From Caldilineaceae bacterium (GTDB lineage Bacteria; Chloroflexota; Anaerolineae; Caldilineales; Caldilineaceae): 64,000 bases of DNA. Position numbers and translations under genes: made by a program. Under the pieces are notes generated by a model that saw only the letters and a program-made list of their open reading frames with translations, was not told the origin of the DNA and made no database searches. Shown piece after piece: positions 45,334 through 53,715 of this stretch (positions are counted from its first letter, which is position 1; each line of letters begins with the position of its first letter). Location: positions 161,217-225,216 of the forward strand of contig CBDDPZ010000009.1 of the NCBI GenBank assembly GCA_965232575.1. The letters run 5' to 3'.

Positions 45334-46245
45334 ATGCCTGATTTAGCAGTGATCGGAAGCTATGTGGTGAGCCTGACCGTGCGCGTCCCTCGTAAGCCGG
45401 TTATGGGCGAGGCACTGATCGGCGATCTATTTGACATGGGGCCGGGGGGCAAGGGAACCAACCAGGCCATAGCCGCGGCGCGGTTGGGGGCGCAGGTGGA
45501 GCTTCTCGCCTGCCTCGGCGATGATCCCTTTGCCGATGCGGCCGAATCTCTTTACGAAACCGAGGGAGTGGCCGCGGACCACGTACATCGCATTCCGGGC
45601 GCCAACACCGGGGTCGGCCTGGTAACGCTCTTGCCGTCAGGTGACAACTGGATCGTTGGACACCTGGGGGCCAACCTGCTGATGCAGCCCCATCACGTCG
45701 AATCTTTCGAGCCTGTCATCGCCCGCAGCGACGTCCTGATGGCGCAACTCGAAGTACCGTTGGAAACGGTCGTCCTGGCAATGGAGCTTGGACGAAAACA
45801 TCAGGTCACAACCATTCTCAATCCGGCTCCCGGTCAGAGATTGGAACCGGACTTGATTGCCAATGTGGACGTATTGACTCCCAACGAGAGCGAGACCCGC
45901 ATTCTGCTCGGACTTCCCCCCGATGACCCCACGCCTACGCTTGATCTAACAGGGCAACTGCTCGATCTGGGCATTGAGACCATCATCGTAACCCGCGGAG
46001 AAAAAGGCGCCCTCATCGTTACAGCACACGAGACCGAAGCTGTCCCGGCGACCCCTGTGCAAGCGCTGGACGTCACCGGCGCAGGCGACAGTTTCAACGC
46101 CGCGCTGGCGGTAGGTATCGGAGGGGGCATGGACTCGCAGTCTGCCGTAGAGCAGGCGACTCGCGCCGGCGCCTACACCACCACACATCTGGGCGTGATC
46201 GACGGCCTACCGACAAGGGCGGAGTTGGGGGCCTTTCCAAGTTGA
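45334..46245 (+). CDS. rbsK: ribokinase (PfkB family)
   Basis: ..MGPGGKGTNQAIAAARLG.. (GGKGxNQA) and ..ALDVTGAGDSFNAALAVG.. (DTTGAGD-type). Confidence 0.88.
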   Translation: MPDLAVIGSYVVSLTVRVPRKPVMGEALIGDLFDMGPGGKGTNQAIAAARLGAQVELLACLGDDPFADAAESLYETEGVAADHVHRIPGANTGVGLVTLLPSGDNWIVGHLGANLLMQPHHVESFEPVIARSDVLMAQLEVPLETVVLAMELGRKHQVTTILNPAPGQRLEPDLIANVDVLTPNESETRILLGLPPDDPTPTLDLTGQLLDLGIETIIVTRGEKGALIVTAHETEAVPATPVQALDVTGAGDSFNAALAVGIGGGMDSQSAVEQATRAGAYTTTHLGVIDGLPTRAELGAFPS

Positions 46246-46333
46246 TCGACACAAAACTTTCCCGAGCTTGCCGCCAGCATGTTCTTCCTGGCGAAGTACA
46301 GACCACTGTCTGAGTGCAACAGAGGGGGACAGA

Positions 46334-47086
46334 ATGACAACCATAGACATTCAGGACTGCGTTAACCAGATCTTGGAGGATGGCTACTGTATTCTACGCG
46401 GCCACTTTCCCGTCGACGCTGTTGAGGCCAGCCTCGCAGCATTTGGGCCCATCGCCGACGCTTACCTGGCCGAGCATGCCGACAATCCTAACCGAGGACC
46501 GCACCGCTACTACATTCCCCAGCCGTTTCGCCCACCCTTCTACAATTCCGCCTTCTTCAATGACGACACGATAATCGCCATCGCACACGGGATCCTGGGT
46601 GAGGAGGCGGTCATCGATATGTTCGCCTCTGACACACCTTTCAGCGGATCCGTGCATCAGGACGTCCACTCCGACTTGCCCGCGCTGTTTCCGGAACGGC
46701 TCGACCTGATCCTGCCGCCGCATTTCTTGGGCGTTAATTGGCCATACGTAGATGTAACCCCGGAACGAGGACCATTTCAGATCGCCAAAGGGACCCACCT
46801 CCTGCCTAAAGCCGAGGCGCTAGACCGTGTTGCAGCGGGCGAATTTCCGCTGGATTCGCTACTGATGGAAGTAGGCGACGTAATGATCCGCGACCCGAGA
46901 TGTCTGCACCGCGGTTCGCCAAACCTTACGGACACGCCGCGCGTCTTAGCAGGGTTCGGTCTGGTACGGCCTTGGTATTTCCGCTGCCATCCGGATCGAT
47001 ACCCGATCGCCCGCTCCTTCTGGGAAACACTCACCGAACGGGAAAAGCATCTGTTGCAAAGAATCGAAATCGACGAAGAGCATTAA
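46334..47086 (+). CDS. PhyH family Fe(II)/2-oxoglutarate oxygenase
   Basis: ORF track 46268..47086. ATG 46334 preferred (purine-rich AGAGGGGGA upstream). ..ILEDGYCILRGHFP.., HxD in ..SVHQDVHSD.., distal His in ..DPRCLHRGSPN... Confidence 0.85.
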   Translation: MTTIDIQDCVNQILEDGYCILRGHFPVDAVEASLAAFGPIADAYLAEHADNPNRGPHRYYIPQPFRPPFYNSAFFNDDTIIAIAHGILGEEAVIDMFASDTPFSGSVHQDVHSDLPALFPERLDLILPPHFLGVNWPYVDVTPERGPFQIAKGTHLLPKAEALDRVAAGEFPLDSLLMEVGDVMIRDPRCLHRGSPNLTDTPRVLAGFGLVRPWYFRCHPDRYPIARSFWETLTEREKHLLQRIEIDEEH

Positions 47087-47325
47087 GACTTGCCCACCGC
47101 ACTGCAATCCCCGGCTGCGCCATCGACACTGCATGGGATCTGATGTTGTTCTTTGAATTCGAGTTCAACGATGGACCGGCCCCGCGCTGGTCCGACTGGC
47201 AAACCGAGGCACCCTACCTGGTCATCCCGACGATCTGACAGATTCTTCAGGGCCGACAGTTAGAGATGGCAGTCATATGGGTAGGCAGGAAACCGCAATC
47301 CCTATGTTTTCTGCCGCCAAACCGC

Positions 47326-47640
47326 TTACTCGATGTGAAAGACCTCTCTCAGATCCGCTGAAACGGGGCTATTGTCGGGATTGGATGGCATAATGTCCCC
47401 CATGTATTGCCACCATTTCTGACAGATCTCCTCGTCCGCGATGCTGTTCCACTGTGCTTCGCTCTCTATTTCAGCGTATGCGAACAACTGATTGGTCTCC
47501 GCGTGCAGGAAGATTGAGTAGTTGCTGACGCCGTGCTTCTTGAGAACTGCTTCAAGTTCGGGCCATATCGGCGAATGACGCTTCTCGTACTCCTCATGCT
47601 GGTCGGGGTTCACTGCCATGACAAACGCTTTTCGAATCAT
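47326..47640 (-). CDS. rhaM: L-rhamnose mutarotase
   Basis: 104 aa. [55 protein letters not shown].. matches RhaM closely. Confidence 0.9.
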   Translation of the reverse strand: MIRKAFVMAVNPDQHEEYEKRHSPIWPELEAVLKKHGVSNYSIFLHAETNQLFAYAEIESEAQWNSIADEEICQKWWQYMGDIMPSNPDNSPVSADLREVFHIE

Positions 47641-48163
47641 ATTAACTCCGCCTTTCTCGTTGAATCGGGGGCGTCGCTCCTAACCTGATTAGGAAGCTCT
47701 ATGGTCCTGCTCTGGCCCTCCCCTTTTGGACTGGTCAGGCCAAAAAACGGAAATCTCAGTATAATTCCTATATCGAGCCGCCAGCTGTCCTACCGGGCGA
47801 ATCTTTGCCCGCCGACACCTTTAACTTATAAGCTTGTCACAGTTGGATGATTCGGCCAAGTTGCTGCTGAGGTTCTCCTCTGATCCTCTAAAGACCTGAG
47901 CGCCAGGGAAGACTTCGTAATGAAAACTACCAGGGGCGATACACTTGTCTGGCCGCATTCAGCATCGCACAGACTCAACACATCCCATCAAGAATGGCTG
48001 CCTACCTCTCTCCGTTTCGAGATCAGGGTGCCAGCCCTCTGAAGCCGTTTCCATGAAGCTTTGTGATATAGTGGAGGACGGGGGAAGGAAGCCTCTCAGA
48101 TTTGCATTCCCAGCACTCTCTGTCCTTCTTGCCTCCTCAATTCTAAACGAAGGAAGAATTAAA

Positions 48164-50518
48164 ATGCATAATACCTCCGCAGCGCTTACTTTTGCCGCAC
48201 TGATTTCTCTACTGGGGTTGGCAGCCTGTCAACCAATTCAGCCGCCAACCAAAGGAGACGAAGCCCCCACCGCCGCAGCCACCCCTGTCCACACGGAAAC
48301 GTTTGACGCGTCGAAGTATGAGAATGTCTGGGTCCTGGCCATCGAAGAGATTGAAAATGAGGATCGGTCGCTGCTCAGAGTCTCATATCCCGTAACTGAG
48401 CATGAGGCGATCAATGTCCGCATGGAAGCGGTGACGCAGGAATTCATCGACGAATACCGGACAACCGCAGCCGAGATCGAAGCCGCCTACCAGGATTACA
48501 AACGTGAAACAGGAAAAGAGGCGGCCACTTTTGTCACCCATTACCGGCAACATTTTGACGTCTCGATCGCCAACGAAAACCTGATCTTCTTCGACATCGT
48601 GCGATCAATATATACAGGCGGCACGGGCTATAGTTACGTTGTCGGGTACATCTTCGACCGCCGTACCGGCGCCGAACTGACTATCCCCGATCTCTTTGTC
48701 GACGACAGCTACCTTGAGCGACTCTCGACACTGACGGCGGAGGCACTTGCAAAAAGAGTTAGCAAGGATGAACTGGCGAGCGACCTTGAATGGATAGACG
48801 ATGGTACTGCCCCGACAGCCGAAAACTTCGACAACATTCAGATTCGCGGAGACGGGACTATCTTGGTCATGTTTGACAAGTATCAGGTTGCCGCAGGAGT
48901 AGAAGGAGTCGTCGAAGTTGAATTGCCCCTGGCTACGATTGCCGATCTATTGAAGCCCGAAATTCGACAGCTACTCGGTATTGAAACGGAGGGTGCCGCG
49001 CCTGTTCCGCCCATTGTCGATGTCGTGGAAATCGAGGAGTCTGAAAACGACGAACGGTCAACTCTCTACATCTCCTACCCCGTGACTGAACAGGAAACGG
49101 TCAATACTAGATTAGAAGAGATTACGCAACTCTTCATAGACGAATTCCAGATGACCGCCGCCAAGCTCGAAGAATCCTTTCAGGAGTACAAAAAGGATAC
49201 GGGCCAGGAGGCTGCTTCCTTCGTAACCCACTATCGTCAAGACCATGAGGTGACGTTCGTAAACGAACAAGTATTGTTCTTCGCGGTGATTCGGACAAGA
49301 TACACCGGTGGGACGGGCAATACATCAGTATCCAGTTACATCTTTGATCTTGGCAGCGGGACTGAAATAACCATCCCCGCTCTCTTTGTCGATGAAAGCT
49401 ACTTGAAACGCCTATCCGATCTGACAAGAGAGGCACTGGAAGAACGTCTCCGCAGCCAAATCGCCGAACGGGAGCCTGACTCGGACGAAGACCGCCGAAA
49501 GGCCCTATTTGAAAGCGACTCTTGGTTGATCGAGGCGGGCACTGAACCAACGGCCGAAAACTTTGACTATATCGTGTTTCGGGACGATGGCACGATTCTG
49601 GTCAGGTTCGACAAATATCAGGTTGCCCCCGGTGTAGATGGGCCGGTTGAGGTTGAGCTGGCAGTTGCCGCGATTGCCGATCTTCTCAGACCGGAGGTTC
49701 GCGATCTATTGGGTATAGAAGCAGCCAATACCTCGCTTAGATTCAGGATTGCCAACGCAGCAGGACCCGGCTCTGCGTTAGCCTTCTCGCCGGCATTGAC
49801 TTCGACTCATTTCAAAGCGGCTGTTTTCCGTGAATTCCCCGAACTCACGCTATTGAAGTTCTGGACGTCGGCACTGCCTTTGTCTGCGGCCCAGGATGGC
49901 ATCAACTGCTTGGAGGTCGCGTGCGTGGCTCTCACTTTCGATGACGGCCCCTCCTTTTACACAGAAGGCCTGTTGGATACTCTAAAAGAGCACGATGTCA
50001 AGGCGACCTTCTTCGTCCTGGGGACCCAAGTCCGCATCCAATCTGAAACGATTCTGCGCATGTTTCATGAAGGCCACCAGATTGGAAACCACACCTGGGA
50101 CCACCCCAACCTGACTCAGCTGTCGGACGAACTGATTCAGCAGCAACTACAGCGGACCGACGACCTCATCACTCAGATTGTCGGTGTACCGACACAGCAC
50201 ATGCGGCCGCCTTACGGTGCCCACAATGAGCGCGTGCGTGCGGCTTCAGGTCTACCAATCATTTTCTGGAGCGTCGATCCCTTGGACTGGAGGGACCGCA
50301 ATGCAGAAACTGTTGCCGCCCGAATTGCCGAGGCGCCGGTAGGAGCAATCATCCTGGCACATGACATCCACAAGTCCACGGTTGACGCAGTGCCTGCCAT
50401 CATTGCGGCGCTCAAAGACCGCGGGATTCACTTCGTAACCGTCACGAAGCTGTTTGAACCGGATACACTGCGTCCGCAGAACGTCTATCAAAGTCAGCCA
50501 AATCCGCCGTCCAGGTAA
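48164..50518 (+). CDS. lipoprotein: two PdaC/DUF3298 (RsiV-like) modules + NodB-type polysaccharide deacetylase domain
   Basis: ORF track 47945..50518. ATG 48164 preferred (GAAGGAAG SD; leader MHNTSAALTFAALISLLGLAAC). CE4 motifs: ..CVALTFDDGP.. and ..QIGNHTWDHP... Confidence 0.88.
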   Translation: MHNTSAALTFAALISLLGLAACQPIQPPTKGDEAPTAAATPVHTETFDASKYENVWVLAIEEIENEDRSLLRVSYPVTEHEAINVRMEAVTQEFIDEYRTTAAEIEAAYQDYKRETGKEAATFVTHYRQHFDVSIANENLIFFDIVRSIYTGGTGYSYVVGYIFDRRTGAELTIPDLFVDDSYLERLSTLTAEALAKRVSKDELASDLEWIDDGTAPTAENFDNIQIRGDGTILVMFDKYQVAAGVEGVVEVELPLATIADLLKPEIRQLLGIETEGAAPVPPIVDVVEIEESENDERSTLYISYPVTEQETVNTRLEEITQLFIDEFQMTAAKLEESFQEYKKDTGQEAASFVTHYRQDHEVTFVNEQVLFFAVIRTRYTGGTGNTSVSSYIFDLGSGTEITIPALFVDESYLKRLSDLTREALEERLRSQIAEREPDSDEDRRKALFESDSWLIEAGTEPTAENFDYIVFRDDGTILVRFDKYQVAPGVDGPVEVELAVAAIADLLRPEVRDLLGIEAANTSLRFRIANAAGPGSALAFSPALTSTHFKAAVFREFPELTLLKFWTSALPLSAAQDGINCLEVACVALTFDDGPSFYTEGLLDTLKEHDVKATFFVLGTQVRIQSETILRMFHEGHQIGNHTWDHPNLTQLSDELIQQQLQRTDDLITQIVGVPTQHMRPPYGAHNERVRAASGLPIIFWSVDPLDWRDRNAETVAARIAEAPVGAIILAHDIHKSTVDAVPAIIAALKDRGIHFVTVTKLFEPDTLRPQNVYQSQPNPPSR
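48326..49720 (+). repeat. intragenic tandem duplication (unit 1 48326..48985, unit 2 49016..49720)
   Basis: The units align end to end. VWVLAIEEIENEDRSLLRVSYPVTEHEAINVRMEAVTQEFIDEY..FVTHYRQHFDV..YTGGTGYSYV..DGTILVMFDKYQVAAGVEGVVEVELPLATIADLLKPEIRQLLGIE versus VDVVEIEESENDERSTLYISYPVTEQETVNTRLEEITQLFIDEF..FVTHYRQDHEV..YTGGTGNTSV..DGTILVRFDKYQVAPGVDGPVEVELAVAAIADLLRPEVRDLLGIE. Confidence 0.75.
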
Positions 50519-50585
50519 AGAGCCGGTGCCACGCAGCCTGCATTCTCCAAATTGGCAACGCCGTGATAAGAACCTAGAGAGAAGC

Positions 50586-51971
50586 ATGAACAGCAAACCC
50601 AACGTCATCGTCTGCATCTGTGACCAGTTGCGAGCTTTCGAAGTCGGATGCTACGGCAATCCAGTAGTCCGTACACCCAACCTTGACCAGCTGGCTGCAG
50701 AGGGGGTACGTTTCCAGCATGCCGTGTCGACGAACCCGGTGTGCATGCCGGCGCGTTCTTCGCTGATTTCTGGCCAGTACTCTCGCACATGTATGGGCTC
50801 GCTCGGTAACGCCACGGTGCCTGACGAACACGGCAGGCCCATAGTTGCCTCGTGGCCGCTTCAAGAGCGAGTACATCTGCCTGACCCCACGGTTGCAGAG
50901 CAGTTCAAAGCCGCCGGTTACGACACAGCGCTGATCGGCAAGTGGCACATTCATACCGCCCCCGAACTGGTTGGCTTTGACTTTTCGCTGCACCCGAGAG
51001 TAAATCACCGGCACACAGGACAGGACTTCGTTGAGAACGGCTCCCTCCCACAGTTGGTAGACGGTTTCAGCGTGGAATACGAAATCGAAAAAGTCCTCTC
51101 CTATCTGGCGGCCGACCGCGATAACCCGTTTTTTCTCTACTACAGTATCTCTCCTCCGCACATGCCGCTAGCAGACGCGCCATCGGAGTACTTGACCATG
51201 TACGATCCGGAGGAAGTGCCGCTCAGGCCGAATGTGTTCCTGGACGGCCAGATGGCGTATGATGAAGACTGGTTCAAAGTCTACCTATGGGACTTTCTCT
51301 ATTATTCTTTGAAGCTCCCCCATACGCTGGATCTGGCTGAAGACTTCGACTTGCGAGCACTGATAGCGCTTTACTATGGCCTGACTACCTGGGTCGACGA
51401 CATGGTGGGGCGCATGATGGCGGGGCTGCGTGCAAACGGTCTGCTCGACAACACAATCGTCGTCTTTACCTCGGATCATGGTGACAACCTGGGCAGCCAT
51501 CACAGGTTCAACAAGGGCCTCCTCATCGAAGAATCGATTCGCATCCCCATGATCTTCCATGCTCCTTGGCTGTGGGAGGCGAGCGTCAACAGTTCGCAGG
51601 TTGCGCAGATAATCGACATCATGCCAACTGTGCTGGAAGCCAGCGGATGCGCCGTACCCTCCCAAGTTCAGGGACGAGACCTTACACCGATTTTGGCAGG
51701 GGGGCACAGTCAGCTGGCAGAGAACTGGGGCTTCATTGAGACTAGCGGGGGCGAGATCGGGGTCAGGACGCCCGACCACCTGTTGGGGCGGTGGGCTCTT
51801 GACAAGGCGCGCCGGACCGGGGATAGGCCCGACAGCTTCTACGACCTGAGAGACGACCCGTTTGAGATGAACAACCTCGCCGGGACAGGCCAACAGGCTG
51901 AGACTGAGGCTGAGTTAGATGCCTTGCTCACAATGTGGGACAATAACACGCCCTGGATGACAACTCTATAG
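50586..51971 (+). CDS. Cys-type sulfatase
   Basis: ORF track 50454..51971. ATG 50586 preferred. ..PNVIVCICDQLR.., formylglycine motif ..NPVCMPARSSLISGQY.., ..FTSDHGD.., ..NKG... Confidence 0.9.
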   Translation: MNSKPNVIVCICDQLRAFEVGCYGNPVVRTPNLDQLAAEGVRFQHAVSTNPVCMPARSSLISGQYSRTCMGSLGNATVPDEHGRPIVASWPLQERVHLPDPTVAEQFKAAGYDTALIGKWHIHTAPELVGFDFSLHPRVNHRHTGQDFVENGSLPQLVDGFSVEYEIEKVLSYLAADRDNPFFLYYSISPPHMPLADAPSEYLTMYDPEEVPLRPNVFLDGQMAYDEDWFKVYLWDFLYYSLKLPHTLDLAEDFDLRALIALYYGLTTWVDDMVGRMMAGLRANGLLDNTIVVFTSDHGDNLGSHHRFNKGLLIEESIRIPMIFHAPWLWEASVNSSQVAQIIDIMPTVLEASGCAVPSQVQGRDLTPILAGGHSQLAENWGFIETSGGEIGVRTPDHLLGRWALDKARRTGDRPDSFYDLRDDPFEMNNLAGTGQQAETEAELDALLTMWDNNTPWMTTL

Positions 51972-52978
51972 TCCTTCATCATGGCGGGCAAAACTAGCTG
52001 CCAGGAATAAAAAGGCCTCTTCGCCGTGCTGATCCATCAGGCAGAAGATACTATGAGGGCAGGATGCGTCAAAAAAGGTGAAATCTTGCCCCACGTTTTC
52101 GAGATGCGTCCGAAAACGATTGTTGAAATTCACGACAATCTCCATTTCTCCTGCCACCAAAAGCATATCCAGATCAACGCCGGCTGAATCTTGGGTCAAC
52201 GCCCAAGGAGACCACTGGTTAAAGTATGCTTCGGTCTTGAACATCTTGGCCGCGATCTGCTGGCGGCCCATTGTAAGTGATTGCCAGTCATGGAGGGCAC
52301 CGTCCCAAACAATGATGGCGCTAAAGAGCTCCGGAGCTCGAATTACCCGTTCACGACCGCGCCGAAACCGCACATGGAAAAGCCTTGCAGGGCACGACCA
52401 CTACGCTCTGGCACAGTTCGATAGGTTGCATCGATATGCGGGATGACATCCTGTAAGAGCGCGGTCGAAGCCAGATACTGGTTATCATAGCTATCTGACC
52501 ACATCCTGTCGCCATCAGGGTCGACAAGACAAACAACAATCATCGGCTCAATGATGCCATCTGATACCGCGCTTTCCACTTTAGCGCCGATATAATTGCA
52601 CTCATACTCGGCCCACGACTCCTGAAGATAGGCGCCATGCAGGTGATAGAGCGTCTTGTAATGCTGGTCACCAGATTCATACCCTGCCGGCAAATAAACG
52701 AAGAAAGTCTGTTCTCCCGCTTGAGAACCAGCAATCGTCTGTTTTTGCACTTTCCCTTGTATCGGAATCGGTTTTTGCTCCAAATACGGCGCAATGAGCT
52801 TCGGGTCGACCCCTTGGGGAATTTCGGCGGAGACTTCCTGCGCGGACGCGCCATCTGCCTGGTACGATGATGCCTTGTTGTCAAGAAGGCTTGGATCAAT
52901 CGGGATTGCGCAGGCGCTGAGAAATAGGGCCGCGCTGACCGCCAGTGTATAGATAAGTTTGTTGTGAAGTGTTGCCAT
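51966..52978 (-). pseudogene. esterase D / putative-esterase family alpha/beta hydrolase lipoprotein, interrupted by a 1-nt frameshift
   Basis: ORF 52343..52978 (..AVSAALFLSAC.., ..RALQGFSMCGFGAVVNG*) continues in another frame as ORF 51966..52373 (..VIRAPELFSAIIVWDGAL..). One extra G in the GGG run (plus-strand CCC 52346..52348) restores the frame. The nucleophile elbow reads GFSMC rather than GxSxG. Confidence 0.7.
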
Positions 52979-52994
52979 CGTATTCCTCTTTGAT

Positions 52995-53296
52995 TTATTG
53001 GTAGGATGCGCTTTCGCTCTTCTGCATCATCACATACGAAGCTGCGCTGACTACCAAGAGTACGCCCACGCCCGCGAGGCGGGTCAAAGCCATCGACGAC
53101 CAGACCAACGACACGCGCGATGATGGCGAGAATTGCAAAGACCGCAAAAGGCAGCACTGCCTCCTTTTGAGCCCTTATTGTCAGGCGTTATTAAGGTCCG
53201 ACCGACTTGGACATCAGGAACAAACATGTACGCCAAACCATTCCCCAACATCAATAAAGCGACAAGGCCGAGCATAATTCTGGCGACAGTTTTCAT
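52995..53296 (-). pseudogene. small (about 100 aa, 3 TM) membrane protein gene, apparently broken by two frameshifts
   Basis: ATG 53296 (AGGAG upstream) gives MKTVARIMLGLVALLMLGNGLAYMFVPDVQVGRTLITPDNKGSKGG, then an implausible Cys/Arg tail. The +1 frame from about 53157 reads AVLPFAVFAILAIIARVVGLVVD. The next frame from 53093 reads ALTRLAGVGVLLVVSAASYVMMQKSESASYQ*, stopping 14 nt before the esterase ATG. Confidence 0.5.
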
Positions 53297-53715
53297 GGTA
53301 GACGATTTCTCCTCGTTCGATGTCGCATCAGACATCCGAGACGCGGCTTTGAGATGTGCGGAAAGATGCTTTTTCTACGCAGCGCGGCCGGGGCAGTGGC
53401 AAGCAGGCAGTGTGAAGCAGCGTCAGCCGATCAGGCTGGGTGATTGGGGCAGAATGGCTCTAGCAAAAAGCCGAGTCGGAGAGCCGGGGGGGGCAGGCGG
53501 AGATTCAAGGGGGCGACCCCGCATCGAATCTGGGCCCGTCAGGCGGCGAATCCTGATGAGTACGACCAGGTCCTACCCGACTGAGACCCGGATGCGCCGA
53601 GGCAGGGCAATTGTCAAAGTATCCTCGCGCCGCGCGATGCTGGCCTGGACAGGTTCGCTCCCCAGTGCAACGGTGACACTTCCAATCATTGCGCGCGGAA
53701 GTTGCAGGGCGTTGC

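Noticed and set aside
47283-47314. 9-bp hairpin (ggcaggaaa / ttttctgcc) just downstream of rhaM, considered as a terminator.
   Set aside because: It has a 14-nt loop and no U-tract on the relevant (minus) strand. That is too weak to report as a feature.
53553-53600. CTGATGAG at 53553..53560, the conserved core heptamer/octamer of hammerhead ribozymes.
   Set aside because: The downstream sequence lacks the obligatory GAAA core element (it reads cgactgagac). I could not draw stems I-III around a UH cleavage site.
53575-53689. ORF starting at ATG 53689 (MIGSVTVALGSEPVQASIARREDTLTIALPRRIRVSVG*), considered as a small gene or a pseudogene remnant readable through the TAG.
   Set aside because: It has no SD, and the read-through part is Arg/Pro-rich and noise-like. 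The other two frames are equally poor.
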